From an uncultured Erysipelotrichaceae bacterium (GTDB lineage Bacteria > Bacillota_I > Bacilli_A > RFN20 > CAG-826), in NCBI GenBank assembly GCA_902791085.1, contig CADAUN010000001.1:1-36360 (forward strand): a stretch of DNA of 36,360 nucleotides. The letters are read 5' to 3'. Position 1 is the stretch's first letter. Each line of letters starts with the position of its first letter. Both the position numbers and the translations under genes were made by a program. Positions 8,631-16,744 of the stretch are shown here, piece after piece. The notes beneath the pieces were generated by a model. It ran no database searches, was not told the DNA's origin, and worked only from the letters and a program-made list of their open reading frames with translations.

Positions 8631-9998
8631 ATGCAAGAAAAAGCCATTTGTATTCGGGAACTTTATCAAGAACCAAAAGAACGAAAAGATATTGTCGTTG
8701 AAGGGTGGGTTCGGAATAATCGAAATTCTGGCAAAGTCGGATTTGTGACGTTACATGACGGCACTTGCTTTAAAAATTTGCAAGTAGTTTATAGCGCGGA
8801 TTCTCCTTTCTTCGCGGAAGTCGCGAAATATAAAATGGGGAGTGCGGTCGAATTCCGCGGGGATTTGGTGTTAACCCCTAATTTACCTCAGCCTTTTGAA
8901 CTGCATCCCACCAGTGCAAAACTATTAGGCGACGTCGCAGAAGATTATCCGTTGCAAAAGAAGAAAACCTCCTTCGAGTTCTTACGCGATGAAGCTTATC
9001 TTCGTCCGAGAACCAACACCTTCGATGCCGTTTTCCGGGTACGTTCTGTCTTGGCTTTAGGCGTGCATACCTTTTTCCAAGATCGCGGTTTTGTCTATGT
9101 TCATACCCCGGAAATCACCGCGAATGACGCTGAAGGGGCTGGGCAAACCTTTACCGTTATTACCAATGCAAAAGATCCGATCAATGATTTCTATGGTCGT
9201 CGCGCTTCCTTAACGGTCTCTGGCCAATTGCACGTGGAGGCCTTTGCCATGGCCTTTAAAGATGTTTATACTTTTGGCCCCACATTCCGTGCGGAAAAAT
9301 CCAATACGCCGCGTCATGCTTCTGAATTTTGGATGATTGAACCCGAATTGGCGTTCGCTGATTTAGATGACGATATGGAATGCATTGAAAGCTGCATTAA
9401 ATTCTTAATCCGTTGGACAATGGAACGTTGCCCTGACGAAATGGATTTCTTTGAGCGTTGGATTGCGCCAGGCGTGAAAGCAAAATTGCAACATGTCTTG
9501 GATACACCATTCCGTAAAATGGAATATACCGAAGGAATTCGTATCTTACAAGACGCCGTAAAAGCAGGCCACCAATTTGATAATAACAACATTTATTGGG
9601 GGATGGATTTGCAAAGCGAGCACGAGCGTTATTTAACCGAGCAAGTCGTTAAAGGGCCTTTGTTCTTAATCAATTATCCCAAAGAAATTAAAGCGTTCTA
9701 TATGCGGGAGAACGATGATGGCAAAACCGTCGCTGCCGTTGATTTATTAGTACCGGGAGAAGGCGAAATCGTCGGGGGTTCTCAACGGGAAGAACGTTAT
9801 GATATCCTCAAAGCGAAGATGGATAAGATTGGCAACACCAAAGGGTTGGAATGGTATTTGAACCTTCGCAAATACGGCGGATGCATCCATTCTGGCTTCG
9901 GTATCGGTTTCGATCGCTTATTGATGTATATCACCGGAATTTCCAACATCCGGGATACAGAGCCTTATCCAAGAACCTCTTCTGCCTTAAAATATTAA
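8631..9998 (+). CDS. asnS: Asparagine--tRNA ligase
   Basis: 455-aa class IIb aaRS with an N-terminal OB fold. Motif 2 reads FRAEKSNTPRHASEFWMIEPE (AsnRS-type rather than AspRS-type) and motif 3 reads GFGIGFDRLLMY. An AAAGGAG SD is upstream. Confidence 0.93.
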   Translation: MQEKAICIRELYQEPKERKDIVVEGWVRNNRNSGKVGFVTLHDGTCFKNLQVVYSADSPFFAEVAKYKMGSAVEFRGDLVLTPNLPQPFELHPTSAKLLGDVAEDYPLQKKKTSFEFLRDEAYLRPRTNTFDAVFRVRSVLALGVHTFFQDRGFVYVHTPEITANDAEGAGQTFTVITNAKDPINDFYGRRASLTVSGQLHVEAFAMAFKDVYTFGPTFRAEKSNTPRHASEFWMIEPELAFADLDDDMECIESCIKFLIRWTMERCPDEMDFFERWIAPGVKAKLQHVLDTPFRKMEYTEGIRILQDAVKAGHQFDNNNIYWGMDLQSEHERYLTEQVVKGPLFLINYPKEIKAFYMRENDDGKTVAAVDLLVPGEGEIVGGSQREERYDILKAKMDKIGNTKGLEWYLNLRKYGGCIHSGFGIGFDRLLMYITGISNIRDTEPYPRTSSALKY

Positions 9999-9999
9999 T

Positions 10000-10209
10000 A
10001 TGAGCGAAATGAATCCTTTTGAACCTCCAAAGCAAACCACACCTTCTCTTGATGCGAATTCAGCGCCTGTCTCTAAGACAGGAGAAGCTCTTTCTCTAGA
10101 AGAAAAAAAGAATCGTTCACGAAAACGGATTTTTTGGGTGTTCGTTGGCGTTGACATTGCTTTGTCTTTCGTTCTTCTTTACGCCATTATTGATTTATTC
10201 CTAAGTTAA
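10000..10209 (+). CDS. Small hypothetical tail-anchored membrane protein
   Basis: 69-aa ORF starting 1 nt after the asnS stop. It has a polar N-terminal 45 aa, a basic stretch (KKNRSRKR), then one C-terminal TM helix (IFWVFVGVDIALSFVLLYAIIDLFL). A terminator follows. Coding status is unproven. Confidence 0.55.
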   Translation: MSEMNPFEPPKQTTPSLDANSAPVSKTGEALSLEEKKNRSRKRIFWVFVGVDIALSFVLLYAIIDLFLS

Positions 10210-10215
10210 AGGAGT

Positions 10216-10246
10216 AGCGGCGAGCCGATTTGGTGAGCCGCTTTTT
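10216..10246 (+). terminator. Rho-independent terminator after asnS and the small ORF
   Basis: AGCGGC ... GCCGCT stem with inner CC/GG pairs, followed by TTTTT. Confidence 0.55.
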
Positions 10247-10259
10247 AATTCACTAAAGC

Positions 10260-10290
10260 GCCTTAGCTAATGAGCTCAAGGCCTTCTTTC
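10260..10290 (+). terminator. Second hairpin (possible back-up terminator)
   Basis: GCCTTAGCT-aatg-AGCT(c)AAGGC gives a 9-bp stem with a 1-nt bulge, followed by the T-rich CTTCTTTC. Confidence 0.4.
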
Positions 10291-10307
10291 AGTGGCATCA
10301 CAAAGAA

Positions 10308-10341
10308 AAAGTGGATAGAGCTTTTGCCCTTATCCACTTTT
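10308..10341. terminator. Bidirectional hairpin terminator (serves tdk on the minus strand)
   Basis: AAAGTGGATA-13 nt-TATCCACTTT, flanked by an A-run upstream and a T-run downstream. On the minus strand it is followed by TTTTTCTTT. Confidence 0.55.
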
Positions 10342-10420
10342 CATCTAACGGTTTATGTGATGACACACGGGAGATGATAGAGTCTAATCACTTCAGTTTG
10401 TGATTGCTTTTTAAGAAAAA

Positions 10421-10999
10421 TTATTTGGACCCTACTTCGTGGCAATGGCGGCATCTTGGTTCGTAACTTTCTTCCGCCCCAACGACGACAACCGGCTCAT
10501 CATAGGAAGCAGGAATACCATTGACGATTCGTTGCGTCATCGTGGCAGGCGCGCCACATTTGACGCATATGGCAGTTAATTTGGTGATGTCTTCTGCCTT
10601 AGCCATTAAATTTGCCACCACAGGGAAAGGCTCACCGCGGAAATCCATATCTAAGCCGGCACAAATGACACGGATGCCTTGATTGGCCAATAGGTCCGCA
10701 ACACGGACGGCGTCCATGGAGAAAAATTGAACTTCATCAATGGCAACCGCATTCACCTTAGACACGTCATAATGAAGAATCTCGTTGACATCTTTGATCG
10801 GGATGGCTTTGACTTTATTTTTAATATGAGAGACAACATCCGTTTGGCTATAACGATTATCGATTTGGGGCTTAAAAACCAAATATTTCTTTTTGGCATA
10901 GTCCAATCGTCTTAATCGACGAATTAATTCTTCGCTTTTGCCGGCGAACATCGGCCCGGTGATGACTTCAATCCAACCCGGTTCATTGGTGATTTCCAT
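10421..10999 (-). CDS. tdk: Thymidine kinase
   Basis: Walker A GPMFAGKSEELIRR and C-terminal zinc motifs CVKCGAP and CRHCH are present, at typical type II TK length. I prefer the ATG at 10999 (MEITNEPGW..., AAAGAG 8 nt upstream). The ORF-track start at 11008 is a GTG 3 codons earlier. Confidence 0.93.
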   Translation of the reverse strand: MEITNEPGWIEVITGPMFAGKSEELIRRLRRLDYAKKKYLVFKPQIDNRYSQTDVVSHIKNKVKAIPIKDVNEILHYDVSKVNAVAIDEVQFFSMDAVRVADLLANQGIRVICAGLDMDFRGEPFPVVANLMAKAEDITKLTAICVKCGAPATMTQRIVNGIPASYDEPVVVVGAEESYEPRCRHCHEVGSK

Positions 11000-11070
11000 A
11001 GACGACACTCTTTTCTTAATATAACAAAATCAAACATGGGGATTATAAAGGATTTCATCCTTTAACGGTA

Positions 11071-11733
11071 CTAGCGAATCCATTTTCGTGCTTCGTCGCA
11101 ATTCTTTTGAATCGCCATAAAGGCTTCGCTTAGATGTTTTCCGTCCACCAACATATGGGATACGGTGATATTCAAAGTTAAAACGTATCTTTCGCCTTTT
11201 TTCACATATTTGCCCCAACAGACTCTAGGGACGCTGGAATTGCTAGGATCATGATCCGGCAAGGGATGGGTCATGGAAGCAAAGTCAAGCCAAGGGACGC
11301 AAGTGATGTAATATTCGTCCATATCTTGGGAATCGTTATAGCCAGGACGGAGATGGGTTTCCTTTTTGATGGTTTCAATCTCTTGATGAACGCTTTGGTA
11401 GAATAATGAATAATCTTTGGTAGCCATCGCTCTACCATTATCGAAATCACCTAGATTTGTCATGACGGTGAAAGCGGGATTAATTTCATCGTACCGAATC
11501 ACTTCCCCGCGGACGATTCGTTCCCGCATTTCGGGAACGGACTCCAACCCGAGATAAACCAAATAAAGGAGATTAATAAAGAAAGAGGTTTTCTTTTCGT
11601 GCGACACAGATAAAACCTCCGTGACATCCATCACGACATTAAAGCCATAACAAGGATTGGCAAACGTGCCAAAATATTCGTATATCCCCCGTCTTTCCCA
11701 GGTGGATACATCGATGATTTGACCTTTCATCAA
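11071..11733 (-). CDS. Chloramphenicol acetyltransferase (CAT/CatA)-like O-acetyltransferase, substrate unknown
   Basis: 220-aa ORF colinear with type A CATs. N-terminal DVSTWERRGIYEYF matches CAT D-x-x-W-x-R-x-x-H/Y-F-x-F-Y. The C-terminal active-site block VSHMLVDGKH aligns with the CAT block HHAVCDGFH, and the catalytic His is retained. It overlaps the upstream permease stop by 4 nt (ATGA). Confidence 0.8.
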   Translation of the reverse strand: MMKGQIIDVSTWERRGIYEYFGTFANPCYGFNVVMDVTEVLSVSHEKKTSFFINLLYLVYLGLESVPEMRERIVRGEVIRYDEINPAFTVMTNLGDFDNGRAMATKDYSLFYQSVHQEIETIKKETHLRPGYNDSQDMDEYYITCVPWLDFASMTHPLPDHDPSNSSVPRVCWGKYVKKGERYVLTLNITVSHMLVDGKHLSEAFMAIQKNCDEARKWIR

Positions 11734-12719
11734 CGTTCTCCCTTTTCGTAAGGAATGCCTTCTGCTTTCGGGCAGCCCGATTTGCTGCGTGTCAAAATCA
11801 AAACCAAGATAACCACCGCGTAAGGAATGATGTTATAGAAATAACTTGGCAGATTTGCGGCGCTGATCCAAGAGATTTGAGATGACAAGACGCCCAAGCA
11901 TTTTAAAAATCCGAAGAAAACGGCGCCTAGAGCAATGAAAAGAGGATTCCAATTGCCAAAAATCATGATGGCCAAAGCCAAGAAGCCTAAGCCGCCTACG
12001 CTGCTTTCGGCTGTCGTTGCCGCGCAAGTGGTGATGTAAGCAAAGCCGCCAATCCCTGCTAACGCACCTGAAATCGTCGCTCCCAAATAACGCATCCGGT
12101 AGACATTAATACCGACTGAAGCAGCAGCTTGAGGATGTTCGCCACAAGCTCTCAAATGGGTTCCGATTTTGCTCTTATAAAGCCAAACGGACAACAAAAC
12201 ATAAAGGATAACGATGATATAAGTCGAAATATAGATGTTATTGAAGAACAAGTCAAAAAACCAACCCATCGGTCCATCAAACGCTTGTTGGAAGGAAGGG
12301 GAATAAGAAGATTTCAGAATCACGAAATTCGCGCCGCTAAAAATTCGTTCACTGTTGAAAGATAGAAGCCCAATCATGCAAACAATCGCCGGAGCAATCA
12401 TGTTTAATGCGGTGCCTTCGATCGTCTGATCGGCCTTGAGATTAATTGCCGCAAAGGATAAGAGGAGAGAAAATAACGCTCCGGCAGCGGCCGAAATCAA
12501 TAAACAAACCAAAAATAGCCATTGAGCGTTTGCTAGAGCAGGATTACTTGCAATCACTAATTTGGCAACGATGGCGCCAGCGAATGCGCCAATCACCATC
12601 TCCCCATCCAAAGCAAGATTAATGATGCCGCTTCGCTCTGAGAAGACGCCTCCTAGTCCAACAATCATCAAGGGAATGGTGAATAGAATCGTTTGCTGAA
12701 TAATAAATATGGCATCCAT
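11730..12719 (-). CDS. ABC transporter permease (BMP/nucleoside-type, NupQ/PnrE-like)
   Basis: Polytopic membrane protein. The start is taken as the ATG at 12719 (MDAIFIIQQTILFTIP...), preceded by GAAGGAGGA 8 nt upstream and overlapping the upstream TAA by 1 nt. The 40-codon basic extension in the ORF track lies inside the previous gene. Confidence 0.85.
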   Translation of the reverse strand: MDAIFIIQQTILFTIPLMIVGLGGVFSERSGIINLALDGEMVIGAFAGAIVAKLVIASNPALANAQWLFLVCLLISAAAGALFSLLLSFAAINLKADQTIEGTALNMIAPAIVCMIGLLSFNSERIFSGANFVILKSSYSPSFQQAFDGPMGWFFDLFFNNIYISTYIIVILYVLLSVWLYKSKIGTHLRACGEHPQAAASVGINVYRMRYLGATISGALAGIGGFAYITTCAATTAESSVGGLGFLALAIMIFGNWNPLFIALGAVFFGFLKCLGVLSSQISWISAANLPSYFYNIIPYAVVILVLILTRSKSGCPKAEGIPYEKGER

Positions 12720-14035
12720 TATTTCTTTCCTCCTTCCTCGGATTGAGAATCGGACGGCTTCGTTACTGTGGTCTCTTCTTTTTGTTTTTTCGAAGAGAAG
12801 CAGCCTTGGAATTTTGCTCCGAATCGTTTGCATTTCCATCCGATATAGCCAAAATAGGAAACACCAAGTTTGTCGCGAATCCCTTGCGTCCGTTCAATTC
12901 GTTCACGGAAGAAGCGGGCGAAACCGGAAAGATAAACAATAACGGCGATGATGAGATCGGCGAAATATTTGTTATAACCAGCCTTTTGCAAGAAGGTACC
13001 AGAGGCAGAGAGATAGCGAATGAAGAGGGCGGCAAAAATCACTCCAATAGGATTGCAGTTGGCTAAGAATGCAGCAGGAATGCCGTCAAACCCATAGCTC
13101 GGCAATTCCTGATAAACGGATTGCCATTGCAATTCAATGTTCGGATTGAGGTAATAAAGAGATCCCGCCAAAGCGGCAAGACCGCCGGCGATGCCCATGG
13201 CAACCATGATGTAGAAACGATGCTTCATTCCGGCATATCGGGCAGCTTCTTTATTGTATCCGCATGCTTTCATCGAATACCCCAAAGTCGTTTTATTGAG
13301 AATAAACCACATCAAAACAGCCAATAAGACGGCTAAAATCAATCCCATGTCTAAATAGGAATTGTAAGTTCCGGAATGGAAGAGACGATCTAATCCCAGC
13401 GTAGGAGTATAGTTGCCAGTAACGGAAGGTTGAATTAAATAACCGGTTTTGCCTGCCCCTGTATTCATCAAATCAGGGCGGGCGCTAAAGACCCATGTGA
13501 CAATGTTAGCGGCAATCCAGTTGGTCATGATGCAGGTGATCACTTCATTGATGCCAAAGAAGGCCTTCAAAGCGCCGGGAATCAAAGCCCATAGGATGCC
13601 CAATACGATTCCAACAAGGATAGCAAGTAACCACACCAAAATTCCTAAGCCACGATTGCCGGTCGTGTTAATTGACAAGGCCACTAGCAACGAGCCAAGT
13701 GTTCCCATCAAAAATTGGCCAGGAGCGCCGATGTTGAAAAGACCAGTTTTATAAGCGACAGCAACAGATAGGCCAGTTAAAATGAGTGGTCCCGTGTAGA
13801 AGAGCATTGTCCCAAACTGTGATGCGGCATAGCGTTTGGAAGAGAACGGTCCCGCTAAAAGCAAAGCAAATCCTTCTCCTGGGTCCGCATTCGCGAAGGA
13901 AGCGCAAATTAACATGATGAGAAAACCGCAAAGAATTCCAATGAGAATGGAAATCAAACTGGCTCCGGTCGAGCGAGCAAAAGGGGTTCTAACGAAGCGA
14001 TAGAGAGGCTTCTTGTTTTCTTTGGCTTCACTCAT
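12719..14035 (-). CDS. ABC transporter permease (BMP/nucleoside-type, NupP/PnrD-like) with a C-terminal cytoplasmic extension
   Basis: 438-aa polytopic ORF with a 4-nt ATGA overlap with the ATPase gene. The last 55 aa or so (..GWKCKRFGAKFQGCFSSKKQKEETTVTKPSDSQSEEGGKK) are hydrophilic. Confidence 0.88.
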   Translation of the reverse strand: MSEAKENKKPLYRFVRTPFARSTGASLISILIGILCGFLIMLICASFANADPGEGFALLLAGPFSSKRYAASQFGTMLFYTGPLILTGLSVAVAYKTGLFNIGAPGQFLMGTLGSLLVALSINTTGNRGLGILVWLLAILVGIVLGILWALIPGALKAFFGINEVITCIMTNWIAANIVTWVFSARPDLMNTGAGKTGYLIQPSVTGNYTPTLGLDRLFHSGTYNSYLDMGLILAVLLAVLMWFILNKTTLGYSMKACGYNKEAARYAGMKHRFYIMVAMGIAGGLAALAGSLYYLNPNIELQWQSVYQELPSYGFDGIPAAFLANCNPIGVIFAALFIRYLSASGTFLQKAGYNKYFADLIIAVIVYLSGFARFFRERIERTQGIRDKLGVSYFGYIGWKCKRFGAKFQGCFSSKKQKEETTVTKPSDSQSEEGGKK

Positions 14036-15579
14036 TGTTGATTTCCTTTCCGGTCATCTCTTTTGGCACCGGCCATATAGAGACCAATTTCTTTGATGTT
14101 TGTCTTTTTTGGATCCAATTCACCGACGAGTTCGCCACCATGGATGACATAGATGCGGTCTGCTAAATTCATGATTTCATCCAATTCAAACGAAACCAAA
14201 AACACGGCGGTTCCTTTATCGCGGTCATGAATGATTTTCTTATGAATGTCCTCGATGGCGCCAACATCTAGGCCGCGAGTCGGCTGGCAAGCGATAAGCA
14301 AACAATGGGGACGGTCAAGTTCTCGCGCGACAATTGCTTTTTGTTGGTTCCCACCAGACATCGAACGAGCAATGGTCACCGATCCTTGGCCGGAACGAAC
14401 GTCATAGCCTTCTATCAATTCATTCGCGTAATCGCGACGATCTTTTTTCTTGATGATGCCATGTTTGGCAAATTGTTTGTCTTTTGCCGTTTGTAAGACA
14501 AAATCCTCTTCTAAATTGAAGTCCAAAACCAATCCGTGTTTATGCCGATCTTCTGGGATATAGGACATTCCTAATTTGATTCGTTCATGGATAGAACGTC
14601 TCGTTACATTGACGCCGTTTATGATCACTGAGCCGCTTTCAATCGGCATCAATCCAGCAATGCCTTGAACTAACTCGTTTTGGCCATTGCCATCGATTCC
14701 GGCTAACGCAACGATTTCTCCTTCGCGCACGTCAAAAGAAACGTGATTGATCGTGTTCTTTTTCGTGTGATGGTCTCGCATGACTAAGTCTTTGACATCC
14801 AATATGGTTTTGCCTGGCTTAGCTTCCTCCTTGGCGACGGTGAAACTGACATTTCTTCCTACCATCATTTCCGCCAATTCTTCGATATTGGTGTCTTTTG
14901 TAGCAACCGTACCGATGCATTTTCCCTTACGAAGGACGGTACAGCGATCAGCAACCTCCATGATTTCATTCAATTTGTGAGAAATGAACAAAATGGATTT
15001 TCCTTCCTTTGCCAACGAACGCATGGTTTGCATTAAATCTTCAATTTCTTGAGGAGTTAATACGGCAGTCGGCTCGTCGAAGATTAAAATCTCGTTGTCG
15101 CGATAGAGCATTTTGAGGATTTCGGTTCGCTGTTGGATCCCAACGGAAACATCAGATACCTTTTTATCCAAATCTACGTGCAAACCATATCGATCCATCA
15201 AAGCGTTGACTTTTTCCCGACCTTTCTTTTTGGTGACAAAGCCAAGTCGGCTATCTTCTGCGCCAAGAATGATGTTGTCTAGCAGGCTAAAACATTCCAC
15301 CAATTTGAAGTGTTGGTGAACCATGCCGATGCCTAAGTCCGTGGCATCATTGGGGCTTAGAATGGTGACCGGTTCTCCATCTTTATAAATGGTGCCGGAA
15401 TCAGGCTGATACATGCCAAAAAGAATGCTCATCAAAGTGGATTTTCCTGCTCCATTTTCTCCGAGCAAAGCATGAATTTCACCTCGCCTTAATTGCAAAG
15501 TAACGTCATCATTCGCTCGAATGCCAGGAAAATCTTTGGTAATGTGCGACATCTCGATGACAATGTCTTCCTGTTCCAT
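14032..15579 (-). CDS. ABC transporter ATP-binding protein, tandem-ATPase type (NupO/RbsA-like)
   Basis: 515-aa ORF with two ABC domains. The first has Walker A GENGAGKST, a signature-like VSVGIQQR and Walker B ILIFDEPT. The second has a degenerate domain with MSGGNQQK. A GGAGG SD is upstream. Confidence 0.93.
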   Translation of the reverse strand: MEQEDIVIEMSHITKDFPGIRANDDVTLQLRRGEIHALLGENGAGKSTLMSILFGMYQPDSGTIYKDGEPVTILSPNDATDLGIGMVHQHFKLVECFSLLDNIILGAEDSRLGFVTKKKGREKVNALMDRYGLHVDLDKKVSDVSVGIQQRTEILKMLYRDNEILIFDEPTAVLTPQEIEDLMQTMRSLAKEGKSILFISHKLNEIMEVADRCTVLRKGKCIGTVATKDTNIEELAEMMVGRNVSFTVAKEEAKPGKTILDVKDLVMRDHHTKKNTINHVSFDVREGEIVALAGIDGNGQNELVQGIAGLMPIESGSVIINGVNVTRRSIHERIKLGMSYIPEDRHKHGLVLDFNLEEDFVLQTAKDKQFAKHGIIKKKDRRDYANELIEGYDVRSGQGSVTIARSMSGGNQQKAIVARELDRPHCLLIACQPTRGLDVGAIEDIHKKIIHDRDKGTAVFLVSFELDEIMNLADRIYVIHGGELVGELDPKKTNIKEIGLYMAGAKRDDRKGNQQ

Positions 15580-15603
15580 GGCTAGTCCTCCAGTTAAAGA
15601 ATC

Positions 15604-15625
15604 GCCCCCCGGTTACCCGAGGGGC
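15604..15625 (-). promoter_or_regulatory. GC-rich intercistronic stem-loop between the binding-protein and ATPase genes
   Basis: The minus strand reads GCCCCTCGG-gtaa-CCGGGGGGC (9 bp including one G-U). It starts 19 nt after the lipoprotein stop and has no strong downstream U-run. This fits a partial terminator or 3' stabiliser that raises binding-protein mRNA relative to the rest of the operon. Confidence 0.6.
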
Positions 15626-15643
15626 AAAAAAGATGAATGTAGA

Positions 15644-16744
15644 TTACGCTTCAAAGGAAATAGTCGCGGCGGTAAGTTTTTCGTCAATGGCAGTCCAAAC
15701 TTCCTGCGTGTTCATATTCTCTGGCGTTTTGGAATCGATGGTAATGCTTCCTTTCGCAATGCCATCGAAGAGGGTCTTATATTCTTCCTTAGTGAAGGTT
15801 TTGAAGCGCCAAGAACCATCAGCAGTTGGAAGACCCGTTGCGTTGTCAGCAGCGCCAAGTTTCGAAGTCTTGTCGGCAAGTTGAGCATCCCATTTGCCAT
15901 CATAGAATTCGCCAAGGACTTTTTCGACAGAAACGGCGAGTCCTTTTGTCGCTGAAGTGATGATTTTTGGAGAGAGAGCGGCTTGGTCGGTATCGACACC
16001 AACAATTTTGGCGTTCTCGTAGCTTTGTGCGGCAGCAATGACAGAGTTCACCATGGAGCCACCGCAAGAGAATACCACTTCCGTCCCGGCTTTATACCAG
16101 CCCGAGATTTGAGTTTGAAGTTCTGTGCTTGCAGAGAAGCTTGAACCGTTTTTGAAGGACATCTTGTATTCGACCGTCTTGCCCATCGCTGTCGCAGCAT
16201 CATTCGCCCCTTGGATAAATCCGTAAGAGAAACGGTTGCAAGCTGGGTTCGATCCGCCGCCGCCGAAAGTTCCGCCGAGTTTGGTGTAGCCTTCTTTGGT
16301 TACGGCATAGCCAGCCATGTAACCTGCTTCTTCTTCTTTATAAGAAATAGCGGTGATGTTCTTAAGACCGAGGTTCCAGCCATCGACGAAGACGAATTTC
16401 ACATCGGGGTTAGCTTGCGCGACGTTTCTCATCGCTTTCTCTTGAAGGAAACCTGGTGCGACGATGACTTTGGCACCGTTCTCAATCGCGGAGTTCATTG
16501 CTGCTTCGCGGTCAGCATCGGTTGCTTTTGAACCATTTGCCGGCGCGTAATAGTTGTAAGCAATTTTGTGCGCTTCGGCGTATTTTTTGGCACCTTCATA
16601 GGTTCCTTGGTTGAATCCGCCATCCATTAATTGGCCGACATCGGTAACGACGGCAATTTCTACCGGTTCCTTATTCTTGTTGCAACCGGCAAGAATGCTT
16701 GCGGTCAACAAGGCGCTGGAGAGAAGAATAAAACTCTTTTTCAT
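15644..16744 (-). CDS. BMP family (PnrA/NupN/TmpC-like) ABC transporter substrate-binding lipoprotein
   Basis: 366-aa ORF. The signal peptide carries the lipobox ILAGC (MKKSFILLSSALLTASILAGCNK). The body shows DVGQLMDGGFNQGTYEG and VIVAPGF, typical of basic membrane protein family nucleoside-binding proteins. Confidence 0.9.
   Translation of the reverse strand: MKKSFILLSSALLTASILAGCNKNKEPVEIAVVTDVGQLMDGGFNQGTYEGAKKYAEAHKIAYNYYAPANGSKATDADREAAMNSAIENGAKVIVAPGFLQEKAMRNVAQANPDVKFVFVDGWNLGLKNITAISYKEEEAGYMAGYAVTKEGYTKLGGTFGGGGSNPACNRFSYGFIQGANDAATAMGKTVEYKMSFKNGSSFSASTELQTQISGWYKAGTEVVFSCGGSMVNSVIAAAQSYENAKIVGVDTDQAALSPKIITSATKGLAVSVEKVLGEFYDGKWDAQLADKTSKLGAADNATGLPTADGSWRFKTFTKEEYKTLFDGIAKGSITIDSKTPENMNTQEVWTAIDEKLTAATISFEA

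Noticed and set aside
10311-10340. Inverted DnaA-box-like sequences (GTGGATAg / TTATCCACt)
   Set aside because: They are simply the two arms of the bidirectional terminator hairpin. There is only one 8/9 match, no cluster, no AT-rich unwinding element, and no dnaA/dnaN context.
12720-12839. N-terminal 40-codon extension of the second permease ORF (MEMQTIRSK...)
   Set aside because: It overlaps the preceding permease's C-terminal tail in another frame and is highly basic and non-hydrophobic. The ATG at 12719 has a perfect SD and TAATG coupling.
15521-15955. 144-aa plus-strand ORF across the ATPase start, the GC hairpin and the lipoprotein gene end
   Set aside because: It crosses the intercistronic hairpin antisense to the ABC operon, and nothing supports it as a gene.
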